Assembly: GCA_977862235.1 (NCBI GenBank) | Contig: OZ374565.1 | Span: 1,116,001 to 1,180,000, forward strand | Source: Dudresnaya verticillata | Taxonomy: Eukaryota | Direction of reading: 5' to 3' | Length of the DNA stretch: 64,000 nucleotides | In this document: in pieces, positions 36,786 through 50,085 of the stretch | How the letters are laid out: each line of letters opens with the position of its first letter | How positions within the stretch are numbered: position 1 is the first letter of the stretch | Position numbers and translations under genes: made by a program | The notes under the pieces: generated by a model | What the model saw: the letters and a program-made list of their open reading frames with translations, nothing else | Told to the model about the DNA's origin: nothing | The model's database searches: none

Positions 36786-37272
36786 GGTGGGGTGTGCGTG
36801 GTACGTCTTACTTTCTCCTCGCATCGAGCGCTCGTCACTCGAGGCTTTATATTCCTGTCATTCAGCGAATGCTCTCTCAGGAATCTTGGCGTGGCACGCT
36901 ACAGACCGGCAGGACGTGCTAGCCTATTCTTCGTACAGAATTGTGTGAACACTGGCAATTCGATGCCAGGCCTTCCACGTCAGTATTTCGGCGTCGGCCC
37001 GGTCATCTTCGGAACGAAATGACGTACAATTGGCGTGCCTGGTTTCATCTTCATGCTGTACGTAAAATGATGCAAATTTCCATTAGCTGGCACTGCTTCA
37101 AACTAAAAGCTTGACCGTAGGAGGTTTTGCGACGAGGTGTTGGTTGCTGCTTGATGACCTCACCCGCCTTTCTACTGTTCCTTCGAGAAAACAATGAAGG
37201 AGATCTTCTAGCTAGAGGTTTGTTGGCACCACTTGTCTTGATCCTAACCGGGTTGCGAAAGCGCATGCTAAT

Positions 37273-37427
37273 CTTTGCACATTTTCTGCCATCTGAGTGC
37301 AGAGGTAGGACTGACCAGAAATAACTTTGCACACTTGCTGCCATCTGAGTGCAGAGGTAGGACTGACCAGAAATAACTTTGCACGCTTTCTGCCATCTGA
37401 GTGCAGAGGTAGGACTGACCAGAAATA
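37273..37427. repeat. 52-bp tandem repeat x3
   Basis: ctttgcac...gccatctgagtgcagaggtaggactgaccagaaata units start at 37273, 37325 and 37377. Confidence 0.93.
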
Positions 37428-38608
37428 GTCTTAACCGCCGTTTAGACTATATGAGAGAGGGAATATATCTTTTATGGAATAGCTGGAAGCCCCATAAGGG
37501 AGTCTAAGGGATGTCACTCATATAGGCTGACTTTTTAAGAATTTCAGTCATCAAGTACTGTGCGCGGGTGTTGATAGCGGGTAAAGTAGGTACTACTAGC
37601 GTGCCTTACTCCTTACAAGAGACAAGCCGCGGAAATTATTGAATACCTCCCCGTTTAGTACAAACAATAATTCCGAGTAATCGAAGCAGACGCAATGAAA
37701 ACCATGCATTGAAGGACTGTATTTTCTTCGAGCTCATGTCTAGTCCAGTAACCACAAAGAAACAATGCGGCTCATTCCGCCACTCTCTGGAGGGTCTGTG
37801 TCTTTCGCCGCTCGGTACTTCAAGATGTACTTTTCTAATGTCATAGAGCAACATACGCGATGCCTAGAATCAAGGTCGCTTTGATTCCCGGCATCGCTAC
37901 GAGTTACATGCGAACGACGTGGTTCTGGATTTATTTAGCGGCGATAATGATTTAGCAGTTACAAAGATCATCTTAGCGAATGTTCTGGAGTGAGCCCTCG
38001 CATAACAATCGGTGCTTATCTCGCATGGAAAATATTTCCAATCTCATGCCCTTGTTCGAGGCCGCAAGGTTGCTTTTATGCCTTTACAAACAAGAAATAA
38101 AGTTCACGTAAAGTTACACATCTCCGGTCTGTACGTAACGCATGAAAAGTTACCCCTTAAATCCTATTTTACTCCTATTCAACTAGGCTCTGTATCTGTT
38201 AAAATGTAGTCGCTGAGTGTAGCAGCTCAGTCAGAGAACGAAAAATCGGTCGGGATACTCGAGCACGGCCGGATACCGTGGACAACAAAAAAAGAACGAC
38301 TAGACAGCGATTTTGGGGCGACCTCGTCGACAGCTCATGCCACGTTTCAAACTCACGCGGGAAATGCAGAGTTTCGAATTTCGGGTCGGTGACATTCGCG
38401 GGGTTTCCGCTCACTTCCGTTCCGGCTGTGGCGCCACTGCTACGGGATTATATAACACGACACGGAACGTTGAAGGCCACTACCGACCCGCTCCCCACCT
38501 CCCCCAACACACGCCGCTACAAATTCAACCTTGTCTTTCCGCCTCCACCCCAGCTGTGCCTGCCCTCTTCCACCCCTCACGCACTCGAATTCCGTTCCAA
38601 GCCCCACC

Positions 38609-40258
38609 ATGTCACAGAGTCGCCCCATCTTTCAGTTTAACCCCAATGCGAAGCCGCACTACCCGGCTGGCACCCGCCTTGACCGAAAGGCAGGTGACTC
38701 CACGCCTTCATCACCCTGCCGAAGCCAGCCTGTTCCGCCGCCGCGTCCGAGTTCCGATCCTGACTGTGCCCAGTTCGCCAATGGGCCCCCTCTGACAAGT
38801 TCACCGGTTCTACTTCCTCAGCCGGTGGGCGCCTCTTCTTTTCAGGCTGGGGCCATGCAGCTACCGCGTCCAAACTATAGCCATTGCTTTGCACCGGATG
38901 AGACTCACCTTGGCGTCGTTGGTGCATCTTTCCCTTCTGTACATCTCCCAAATCCATTCGCAGAGCAGTGGGTTCAATCAAAGTCGTACATGGCCCAGCC
39001 GCAGCCGCAGCCGTGCACCTTCGGCTATCAAATTGAGAACGCACCGTCGACAACACCAAGTCAAGATGTACCACAGCCTGAATGGTACAATGGAAACACC
39101 GCTGTCAACTACCCGGGTTGGGATGGCAATTATTTGGTATGGAACCGCGCGGTGTACTATCCGGTTGAAGTACCTCAAAGACTTGCTCCGTTTCATGATT
39201 CGACGTTTCCGGGCCCACAGGATACTTGTCTCACTCCAAGCGAAAGCGAATGCGCGTTCGATACGTCTGCAGTGTTCAGACGACCTGTCCGAGAGTCTAC
39301 AGGTTCATATCAGGCTACAGCTTATCCTGCGGGACCTTCCGACGTGGTCTCGACCTCAGGAGCTAACCGCATGAAGCCTAACGTCGCCCGAGCTGGAGCA
39401 GGTAGCGAAAAGCTGGCTGCTGCCAGTACTGCCTTTACCCCGGAAACAAGTTCGAAAAGCGTTTCTGGACTTCAATTTGGAAACATTGTAGTTGAGAATC
39501 GGCTTCTCGTTGAGCTTTCCTCAGACGAAGAAACTCATTCGGTAGTGAGTTCTGGGAAGTCAAACATGTCGGACGGGAAGAGTGTTTCGGCAGATCCCTC
39601 GCTGGCAGTTGAGGACCCGGATATGAGCGAAGATGCAACTCTTCAGTTAGAGATATCTGAAGATATAGGTTGCCAGGCTCTCGGAATACCTCGGGCTGAA
39701 GTCCATTCAACAGAGGGAAAGGACCTTGTTCGGAAGCTCGGAAAACAGATGGATACTGCTGTCAAATTCGGAAATGCCAAACATGCCGATAACAATGGGA
39801 TTCCTACCGCGAGCTCGAGAAGAGGTGGCTCGAGAGCTTAAAGAAGGATCAAACCACAGAGGCGTTACGACAACCCCGCCGCGAAACAGGTGCGCAAAAA
39901 TGCGACTGTAGCGTCTGGGCCGGCGGATTCGGCAATGGTTCAAGGTCTAAAGCCTGGACTGAAAAGTCAAAGACGTATTCCTCAGCGGATCCGTTATGAC
40001 CACCGATCACGTCGACGAGGAAACGGGAATAAGAATGAACTCGTCCAGACGAGGCTCAAATCTGTAGCTGCCCGTCCCCCTCGCTTAGATGACAAAAACT
40101 TCCCGTCCCTACCGTCTTCCAACGCTGGTTTCGTCCCGGACGTTTCGAAATCTACGTATATCAACAGATCCAGGACAGAGATCCAACAGGAGAAGACTAA
40201 GATAGTGGGAGATAGCAAGAAAGCTCTGAGTAGTACTAATAGGCCCAAGGAACAGTAG
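38609..40258 (+). CDS. Disordered protein with PAM2-like motif; one in-frame TAA at 39839-39841
   Basis: MSQSRPIFQFNPNAKPHYP; the same frame continues after the TAA to 40258, including LDDKNFPSL. Confidence 0.6.
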
Positions 40259-42432
40259 AAACGATAGAGCTTTCATGCTGTATCCTTGGTCGAAACGCCA
40301 TTCCCTTGGTGAATAGTCTGTAGCAATAATGTAAGATGTGAATGAGCTTATCTTCCAAAGTAAATGTTCCGGACTTACTGTGTCCTATCTGTCTGATGGC
40401 AGTTATCGGCTACGTTTCTGCAAACTGCTTTGTATTGAGGTACCCCTTTGTCTTCGTAACATAACTATTCTGCATCGAGTATCTAATTCACTGTGATCAT
40501 CTCAACTTCTTTCTCGTTCACACCTCCTGAAACTCAGAAAGTCGTCGTTGGGGCCGAACAATTTTAAGTACTTAAAACTTTGTTCAAGCCTTTGTTACTG
40601 CCCAGAACCTGTAGCTCATGCCAAATCCTTCTCAGAATACTAGCTACCTCCTCATTTAGGGACAGAGGTGCTTGTCTTTCTAGGGAGTTTGAAAGAGTCA
40701 CGAAGGGAAACGTTCCTTGCAAAACTTGTGCATGAGATTTCTCTCGCATTCTATTACGACTTGTTACGTTGTGGTAGTCATAGCATATCGCGGAGGGGAA
40801 TTCTTTGCTTTCCGAAAAGTCAATAGAACACAAAACGTTCATAGCAATATTTATGTATCAGAAAGACTAACAACAATGTATATTTACCGGGCCGCTGTTT
40901 GCAGTTGTGTGGTTATATCGTTCTATTAACAATGTTGCGGAATTGTTCTGGTGCAGTAATTCAATATCGATATTGAAATATATACGGTGTTGATGTTATG
41001 TAACACTTCGGATGCAAAGAGATGCTGTACGTACCTACTGAAGGTAGGATGTTAAGTAGTGAGCATCACAGCACTACACTGATAAAAAGCCGCAAGGAAG
41101 CGGCAATAGCTTAGCGGCTTCCTTTTGCTTGGTCCGTTATTGAGGCCGTCGGATCGAGTCCCGCGGGTATGTGTTCGTGAGAAGCTGGAGAGTAGTCTAC
41201 AGTGCGTAAATGTTACCTACAACATTAATTTATTTCTTGTCGATTCTTTTCCGACTTTTGCCTGGGTTGAGTTCTTGGAATCAATTGAACTTGTAGTCTT
41301 ATGCTCCACTCCGACTCACCCAGGCTTGAAGTGACCGAGGAGGTTAGTGAAAAGCGGATTGAGAATTGGCTATGCCTCAATGTGCACAGCTTCCTTCCAA
41401 CACATTACATGGATGTAGCTGACAGATGTGTAGAGCTATAGAGTACTGTAAAACAGCACAAAAGGGAACAGTTCCTGCTACCTTACGGAGTACGATACCG
41501 AAACATAGATGTATCCTTCAGCAAAATATCCTATCCAATTATCCTTCACTGCGGAGCTGGCGGTACCGCGGAGAAAACCCGACGTGTGCAAGCGAGTCTG
41601 CAAAATATCCTCGGCAAAGATAGGTGTTATTATATGCGAGTACGATTTTGTCGTGAAGCGTTTCACCATAATTTTTGATATGTCCTTGCGGAAACCGATG
41701 TGTTTCTCCTGAAAAGGCTTCCGCAACTTCATTTCTAAAACCCAAATACCGGTAGCAAAGTCGAGGAGGGGACTTCTTCCCTTCCCTCACATTTTTACGC
41801 CCCCTGAGTCGATTTTACGTTTCAAATAAGATGGAAACCAAAGTAACCAAGAAAATGTTGACGAAACAAGCACTTACGCATTATTGGAAGAGATAATAGG
41901 AATATAATAAGATAATGTTATTTTATAACCTACGTTGTAACCTACAGAGCAACGCTGACCAAGTAGGCTCGTGAAGCATAGGTCACGAAGAAAAATTGGG
42001 GGCGAGTATTATTAATAGCCATTGGATCTCCGACTCGCTTTAGAATGGAGAGCGTCGCTCAACAGGAGACGTCCCTTTCCGAGAATGTAAGAAAGGGGCA
42101 GCATATGCAGCCCTGTGACAGTCCATTCATGAATGACGAAGCGACGTGGAACACAGTGCACGGATGGCCCTTTTTGAGATCGCCGTGTAAAATCTGTGCC
42201 GATCTGTGTCCAATCAGGGAGGTTCGATTTCGCGCCGTGTTGCTGGGCGTGGCACTTTGCCGAAAAAACCGTGCACAGGAAATGCTTCCTATCATCGTGC
42301 CTGGCTTTGCCGGCCCTATCCTTCATGCTGACTGTACTTCGCTCTCGCGCTCGGCCAGAACCGAGCAATCTTGCCTGGAGCTCGAGGTTTCGAATGAAGC
42401 ATAGTATTACCCATTTTCGACGACTTGCAGTC

Positions 42433-44000
42433 ATGATACGTCCACTTGCGTGGAGTTGCGATGGAGAGACAACTCTGTCACGCACACTCCACCCGGCTGA
42501 GGCCTTCCCCTCTCCCAGAACACTCGGTGTCAAGTTCTCACCCAAGCCCGTCATCATGCCGCACAACCCCACCGGGTCCAAGATGAAGCCCAACGCGAGA
42601 CCACGTGATCCTACTGGCAATCCCGAGAATCCAGTGACTACCGCGAGCTACCGGGTGAAGCTGTTTCCGCCGGCGAGTCCTGGCCTTGACGGAACACCTG
42701 CATTGCGACGTGCTCAGAATCCAGTTCCGGTGCCAGGGGACTTCCTACGCAACTCGGAATATACTGAAGACCCGGCCTAACTCAACGACGGCGAAGCCTG
42801 CAGAGCTTCCTCGTTCACAGACGCCAGAAAGGGACGCAGTCTCGCAACGAGACTACTCAATGGGCCTCATCCGTTTCTCTGGGAGCCCTCGGGAGATTTC
42901 GTAACCTTTGCTTACGCGCCGCCGCTCACTCAACGCCCCATCTTCCCGCAGATTTTTTGTGGAATGGCTCATAGTGTTTCTCTTACTCGGGATGTGTTCT
43001 GCGTGCTCAACTTCCACGCATAGGTACTTGGCCGTTGGCCCCGACGCCTCCGCGATTGGTTCACTTGGTTTACTGCCGACCGGTTGCAGGCATTTTGTGT
43101 TTGGCCCAGATGCACTTCCTTCTACTGTAGACCATACTACGACGTTGGCTATCTCCCTTGCACTCAATGCAGCTTGGATGAGAATTAATTAAACCAATAA
43201 ATTGCGTGGCCTTCGTAAGGCATTGCATTGCCTACACTCACAAGTTGAGGGGCTCGACGCTTACCCCAAGTTAAACCCTGCCCGGTCTAATGATTTTACC
43301 TTTGGCAGTCCCCACTTCGCGTTCACTCCTCAGTCCGAAATTGAGTTGCAGTTTGTGGGGCTCTTTTGCGTTACTGTCAGAAAGCTCTTTTGGGATGAAA
43401 CCATGTCACAACTTTAAGGCTCATCGTGCTGACACATCCTCACTCCACAGTCTACCAGGAATATTTCTGTATCCGTTTGCTCGCAAGAACGACCACCTGC
43501 TTTTGGTTGTTTCTGACAACCTCGAACTCTGAACCATTCATAGAGGGTAGTGCATGCTTGTTGGCTCAATTTTGATTATGACGGTAATCTGCCCCACACG
43601 CCCTGTGACAAAACTCTCGTTCGGTTTTATCCGTCCTGCGTCCGTTTTTGAAGTCATGCTTGGCATGCAGAAGACCTTCCTGCAATTGAAACCCCGCAGT
43701 CCGTCGCAAATGAGCCACGAGTGGATAAAAAATCAAGCTGCTCGACGCAATATTTCCAGACTTGGTTGTTCTCGAAAATCCCAAGTCCTATAGCCGGGTA
43801 CTGGGTACTTTCCTATCCCTTTTGGAACAGAAGTATTTCTTTGTCTAAAGAGGACGTGATTCGCAATGCAACTACAAGAGTCAACCATTGAAGGAACGAA
43901 AAACAGCGTGAGAAACAGGACAAGCAAGATGTGAAAAAGGGCGTGAAGCAATACGTGAAGCAGGACGGCAAATTCATAGGGTGGTCAAGGGGTAGGAAAT
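42433..44000 (+). pseudogene. Decayed gene with a single TM segment; boundaries approximate
   Basis: Chain of broken frames: a Pro-rich N-terminus, then RRFFVEWLIVFLLLGMCSAC, then multiple stops. Confidence 0.25.
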
Positions 44001-45890
44001 GGGGAAAATGATGATGGCAAAAATGAAGAGAATCTGATTGAGACCAATCTTCGTCTACCTTCATTTCCAATAGGACCTTTCCCACTGAAGCACCCTTTCT
44101 GCTACTCCTCCAACCTTCTGAGTCTATCATGAGCCGTACCGTAGCATAGTTCACCGCCACACCTCCTTGGAAAGTTCCAAGGTTAAATAACCCTGTCCAA
44201 GGAACTGCGTATCGATTATTACTTACATCGAAAATCATCTCCTCGTCATCCTCTTATCGACAATTGTAGCTCTTTCTCATCGAGCACTGAGAGCAATGCA
44301 ATGCTTGATTCTATCAATCCGTACCGTTTCAGCTATGGTAAATGCCCTTATCTCACTTGCCCTACTTCGATGGTTCTCGAAATTGTTGCAGTACCTGTCA
44401 ATCCGTGAAATTTACAGGACACATCGATAGAGAGACCATTTTATGGACACCAATATTCGCTCTAGACATTTTTCTATCTATTCGATTGGGATTTCCCCTA
44501 ACCTGGTGTAGCTGCATCAGTCCAATTTAAAGCCATTATTTATTGATGATGATGATAGACTTCATGTATAGAATGAAAACCCCTTGAGCCCCTTAAGCGC
44601 TATTTAATGTGCTTGCAATGGAAAATATTGATGATGATGTGGACCTTTACGCGGTGTCAAACAGAAACCCGTAAGGGGGCTTAAGCAGGACTACTGTAGA
44701 GGATGTAGGCCAAAATAAGGGACTCTCTCCATCGAGCATGTAGACACTAGGAAGTCCGTTCAGAAATACGTCAACCCACAATAGTTGTATCCTCTTTAAC
44801 CAGTACATGGCAATTCAAGAAGTAGAGAAAGATGCAATGACAGATTCTTTACTAGAAAGCTGTGGCATGATGTTCGTTGTACGCACACGCTAGGGATTAG
44901 GAATTATGGCAGATATATACAAAGGGTTCTTCCTGGAAGATCGTTACAAGGGATTCAAAACGCGCTCTTATTCCATAGTTGTTATCCTAGCTAGCCAGCG
45001 CGGTAGTGTTGTTCTATTTTAGTTGTTCTCTCTCGTTATACTGTACTATGACACGTAGTGTAAATTGCAATATCTCGACATATTCGTCATTCACAAACCG
45101 CATTCTCATTGAAGGATACCTTCACAGAACTCCTACCTTTATCGATATTCCTTCTCAAAGATCGCTGTGAGCTGCACCGGAAACTCTTAGCGCTACTGTA
45201 GTTATGAGGTGCCAACCTCTATTTAAACACTTACAGTCTATTCGGGATACTACACTGTTAGGCCTAAGCATTGAGCACAGTCATGTTTCGAGCTCAAGCA
45301 GTGCATTGATTATCGCACACTCCCGATCGGTTTATCCACATTTTTCTGTTGCCAGTAACTCTCCAATATGGTTCATGTTCTCTCTCCCCGTGTTTCTCTC
45401 GTTTGCTTCTTCAAATGCATTGCAAGCAGCCAAACGAGGGGTAGCAGATGGAACGCGATTGATTTTTCATGCTACCGGGCATTCTTCAGAAGCAACTGGT
45501 CAGTGCTGCTCTATCAACTATCGGAAACGAGGATTTGGAACACAACAACGACATGCAAATTCCTGCTTTCGAGGGCAGTTTCCGAGCCAGCGCAGAATAT
45601 TAAAACGACGTGACACTTTTACTTTGCCTCCCGATACCTCCTGAGTCACCTTCACGTTATAACTGAAGCGGAAGCTGGGGAAGTCATGGAATGGCATTGA
45701 GGAGAGGCCTTCCAGAAAACGGGCAAAGAAGAGCTGTTCTCAACATCTCAAGAGAATCACGGGGCTTTCAAACTGCTTTTACCCACAATTCGGGTTGGGT
45801 TAGAGCAAGAACAGCACACGACTTGAAAGCGCAACATCAATCTTGGTAACTAACCCCTTTGAGAATAGCCTTGGACTGGGGGTTCTCTCA

Positions 45891-46388
45891 TCAAAACCTG
45901 CAACTGTCGACTCCAGAAATGAAGCTCCCTCCGCTTGCTTGGCAGCACCTTTTCTTCGTGATACTGACTATGTTGGGAAAGCTAGAAGTGCAACGTTTTG
46001 AGAACTTTTCGTTGACACATTTCATGTACAGCAAAATGCCAGCTTGGGTTCCATTATCGACGATCGAGCTAGAGTAACCGCGTCCAGGACACGTACAGAA
46101 GGCGGAAAAGATGGTTCCGGAGATTTGACTTTCGTATTTGCACTTAACTGAGGACCTCTTGACCTTCAACGCGCAGCCCCAGCCCTTTCGAAAGCCCCTT
46201 CTGCACTTGCGCATTCGGCACAGCTTGCCCCTGCGCTTGCAAAACCGCATGGCCGTCTTCCGGCTCTTCAGGCATTTTTTCGGGCAGCCGGGTCGGGGGC
46301 GCTTACGGGCTGCCGATGACGTGGTTGGTGTGGAGGCCAGAAGGATGAGGGTGAGTAGGAGGGCGGCAAAGGTCGCTGTTGACGGCAT
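45891..46388 (-). CDS. Small secreted, highly basic Cys-rich protein
   Basis: Signal peptide MPSTATFAALLLTLILLAS; K/R-rich Cys segment followed by a second Cys domain. Confidence 0.85.
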   Translation of the reverse strand: MPSTATFAALLLTLILLASTPTTSSAARKRPRPGCPKKCLKSRKTAMRFCKRRGKLCRMRKCRRGFRKGWGCALKVKRSSVKCKYESQISGTIFSAFCTCPGRGYSSSIVDNGTQAGILLYMKCVNEKFSKRCTSSFPNIVSITKKRCCQASGGSFISGVDSCRF

Positions 46389-48567
46389 TTTGGAAGGGTT
46401 TTTGAGACTGGAGAGAGTTTGCTGGGAGGTATGGTGGGTGCAGCATCCAGGAGAGTGCCTTCCCTCAAAGTTCGTACCGGTCTGCCTGGGTGATGTCCTT
46501 TTGTGTTCTTTGTACTCGTCGGGTTAGTATTGCATCTGGGGAGAGAAGAGGGTTTTGAAACGTCGCTGTAAGTGCTCTGCTTGTAGGTATGCGGACTGGT
46601 GTGCGCTGTTACTTGGATGCGAACCCTCATGGGAGAGCTTTGGTCTCGGGATGGGATAGGTTTCTGTACAGATTCATTAACGGAAACACGAGACCCAGTA
46701 GCGAATCTTCGGCAGTAGTTGCGATGGCAGTGATACTGGGGAGGGTTTTTCTTTGTGGATGTTGTTTCAGGCCAATGCGGTCGAAAGGAGTTACGGGCAG
46801 GGATTGACCGTACCCGTGTAGTAGAATGTATCACGGGAGCGAAGCGATTCTGGAGCGAGGGTAGAAAAGGTCTGGGTGAATCGAGTTGATCCATGGTTGA
46901 GATATTTCGCGACGGATGGGGGTAACTGTGCACAGCAGGGTCTCCAATACAATCGCCCCAATTTGGCACTTGAAAAGGGTTGAGATTGAGCCCGCAATCG
47001 ATTACTACAGTATATCTACTCGTCTTCCGCATTGTCAGTATGTTGCTCCTTTCGGTAAACTGCAGAAATACTGCTATGTTACCTGAGCGAAGCTCATCCC
47101 TTGAATTTGCAGAAAAGATGGTGGCTGGTGCGGGCCGGCTGCCAGACCTGCGAATCTCCGCAAGATTTTTATCGACACGAGAGAGAAGCCTCTGTCATGC
47201 TGCCTCACAACGCGCTGCTAATGCACAGGATTTTCCGCGCCTCGCGTTGCGGCGCTGCAAGCACCACCTCTTGTCCGTCCTCTGCAACCTGCGCATGGCG
47301 CGAGTGACAAGCACATTGCCAGGCTGCGCCACCCGAGATGCGCGGGGCTGCGTACTCGCGCGAAGCGCGGCGTTCAAGCGGCCTTGCGACTGTGCGAGGC
47401 GCGCCCAATCTACATTCCCGCAACAGCCAGGCGTCGGCCGCCGATTGGCTGTATCACGCTGCAACAAAAAAAGAGGGCGATCCGTGTCGGATGGCGCGCA
47501 AAAATCTGCTCCAGTACACCGGTGCCAGCGCCGTTGTCGCCCAAGTCGCAGCTTCTAAATCTCAGAGTGTGCCACGGTTGCTCGCTGCGAGTGTGTCAAC
47601 AGTGCACACTCCGCAGCGACGCGAAGACCGACCCACCGCCTTGGGTAGACAAGCACGCGCTCTGGCCATGGCCGCGGGGACAAGACCAACAGCCGCGGTA
47701 GCAGCTGTGTATGCCCAACCTGAGGCAGGAACCGGCAGGCCCGGGTGCGACGTTACCTGACCAGCACTTGGAAACGCTTCCGCGAGCCCCACGCCCCAAT
47801 GCTGGATGCTTTTGAAAAGAAGATTACGATGATAGCAGAGACTCACGCTGCACTAGAGGTGCAGAAATGCTGACTGAACGGCACATGCTCAGCCTAGCCC
47901 ACTTGCAACCTAGTAGCACAATCCGCGGGGGCTACTTTCCTCCTCGTACTTGCCTGCGTCTCGCTCATGAACATGGAATGGCATGACTCGGCTGGAGGCA
48001 CACGTAGCAGATGAGGAATGACTGCGGGTCCACGTTTGAAAGTGGAACACCACTATGGACTGCGAGAGGAATTGGAATGGCCTGTTACCGTTCGCATGCT
48101 GGTTTTGGGAGAGCACGGCAACTCCGACGGCATGTGTCGTACTCTTTCGGTCCGAGCTCCTCCTGGCGTTTCCGTGTTTCGTGAAAGCGGAATGCTCTGA
48201 CCGGTCGTGGGTGTTGCGCGTGGAGCGAGATTCATCAGCGGGCTGCGTCGCTGATCGAATTGGGGACCGGCCGGACTGCCAGTTTCAAGTAAAGCGCTTA
48301 GATTGCAATCGCATATTCACTCTGCTAACTTAACAGGCCAGCGCTCTCACCTGCGCAGTATGCAGGCGCATCCAATGCTTACTCGGCAAAATTTTTTGAC
48401 TGCAGGCTCTTCAATGCTTTTACTGTGCAGGTCGTTTGCGCAGTTGACGCCGTAGGTTAGCGCTCGCATGCAACGTCCCCAGTCCACGTGAAAAAGATAT
48501 TCAAAGCATGGCCGCTAGTTAATGTTGCATCCACCCCTCCGGTGCACACCAATACAAATAGTTCACA

Positions 48568-49962
48568 TCAGATCATCACTCTCTGGGGCTTCTCCACGAC
48601 TGTCGTTGAGTTGGTTGGCATCTGGATCTCTGCCACATTCAAAACTGCCGCTGCACGCGGCGTCAGCTCGTTGCTGCACGACGCCATATTGCAACTTAGA
48701 CAGCAGTTGGTCATGAACGAGGAAACCACGAATCTTGACACTTCCCCGAAACTAAAGCAAGCGGGTGAGCAACAGTCAAGCGTAGAGTTCTGCACTTCTG
48801 GCTTAGATGATTTGAAAAACCGCCATCTTCCACCATCCACCGTGTTGCAGAGATCAATGCCGTCGACAGGTACCGGCGAAGGAGAAGGTGAGCCCTGTGT
48901 GCGTGCGACAGGTTTCAACAATTTTCGCCCCCTGTGACGATGCTCGCCCGCACGGAGCGCGCGAATATTCCTTTCCACCTGCGCAGCAATGGGGTGCAAC
49001 TTGTGGTTTGGGAGCTGCATGATTATTTGCCGGACGCCTCCGCCGCCACCGCCACTGATCCCTTCTGCAGCACCGGGAAACGCGTCGGCGGGAAGCGCGA
49101 CTGCAGTATCGATGCCGACGGCGTAGTCAATTATGGCGTTCTTGGCTGCTTGTTGCGCAGCGGTAAGCGCAGCTGGTTCTTCAATCCAGGTGCCGGCTAG
49201 GTCACTCGACGCGTGCATATTGGCAAAGGCTGTACCGTAGATGGCGAGGTATGCATTGGCGATGCCGATATTTTGTCCAACAAGCTCGGGGCGGCAACGC
49301 TCCGTGTGAAGAACGACAGAGCGGACGTGGATGAAAATGTTAAACGCCTCTTGAACAGGCACGCCGTGCCTGGCCAGCTCGTAACACATCTCATACATAC
49401 CCCTGAAGAGGTTGTCTTTGGAAATGAACTGGATCGGGTTGTTGAGGTCTGCAAAGAGGCTGTCCCCGGAGAGATCGTCTCGTCGATGCTCAGGTACGGC
49501 ATCCTTGGAGGCTGCAAAGGCGTCAGAAAGGTTTGGGGTAATTGTAAGGCTGCAGTCAAGCGAGGTGGAGGATGTACCCAGCTCGACAGAGTTTGCGTCT
49601 GTGGCCTGCTTTGTGCATCCGATTGTGAGCTTCTTCGTTCCTTGCACAGAGTGCTCCAGAAGAGTCTCGCCCTGGCAACTACTACCCGCCTTGAATACCC
49701 AACAGTCTTCCAGAACTGTCGGCACAGTGTGCAAGGTCGAAGCTGGCATTGTGTGAATCAGGTAGACGACGCCGTCAAACTCGAGACAGACGGAAACAGA
49801 AGATTCTGAACATTGGTTCTCCAGCTGCAAGATTGCCGGAAGGCGATGTTCAGAGAATGTTAGTGGAGTTTGGCACGAGAAGGCAGCATGGATACTCGCT
49901 GAGAGCAACGCATGCAGAAACAGTTGCAGCAGAGCAAAGAGCGGGGAGCGACCCGCGAGCAT
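48568..49962 (-). CDS. Secreted protein with a C-terminal Cys-rich domain
   Basis: Signal peptide from ATG 49962 (MLAGRSPLFALLQLFLHALLSASIHA); SPSPSP linker; CC..ACF...CC.SCN...C tail. Confidence 0.8.
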   Translation of the reverse strand: MLAGRSPLFALLQLFLHALLSASIHAAFSCQTPLTFSEHRLPAILQLENQCSESSVSVCLEFDGVVYLIHTMPASTLHTVPTVLEDCWVFKAGSSCQGETLLEHSVQGTKKLTIGCTKQATDANSVELGTSSTSLDCSLTITPNLSDAFAASKDAVPEHRRDDLSGDSLFADLNNPIQFISKDNLFRGMYEMCYELARHGVPVQEAFNIFIHVRSVVLHTERCRPELVGQNIGIANAYLAIYGTAFANMHASSDLAGTWIEEPAALTAAQQAAKNAIIDYAVGIDTAVALPADAFPGAAEGISGGGGGGVRQIIMQLPNHKLHPIAAQVERNIRALRAGEHRHRGRKLLKPVARTQGSPSPSPVPVDGIDLCNTVDGGRWRFFKSSKPEVQNSTLDCCSPACFSFGEVSRFVVSSFMTNCCLSCNMASCSNELTPRAAAVLNVAEIQMPTNSTTVVEKPQRVMI

Positions 49963-50035
49963 GTTGCAACAGAGCCTCGCAGAAGACGTGTAGGAGTGTG
50001 TCGGAAACCGCGGTATAGCGGCAGCGGTATACAAA

Positions 50036-50085
50036 GCAGCAGCGGCAGCAGCAGCGGCAGCGGCGGCGGCAGCAGCAGCAGCAAC
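50036..50085. repeat. GCA/GCG trinucleotide microsatellite
   Basis: gcagcagcggcagcagca... run upstream of the 49962 ATG. Confidence 0.85.

Noticed and set aside
37273..37427. CRISPR-like array
   Set aside because: Units are head-to-tail with no unique spacers, there are no cas genes, and the context is eukaryotic.
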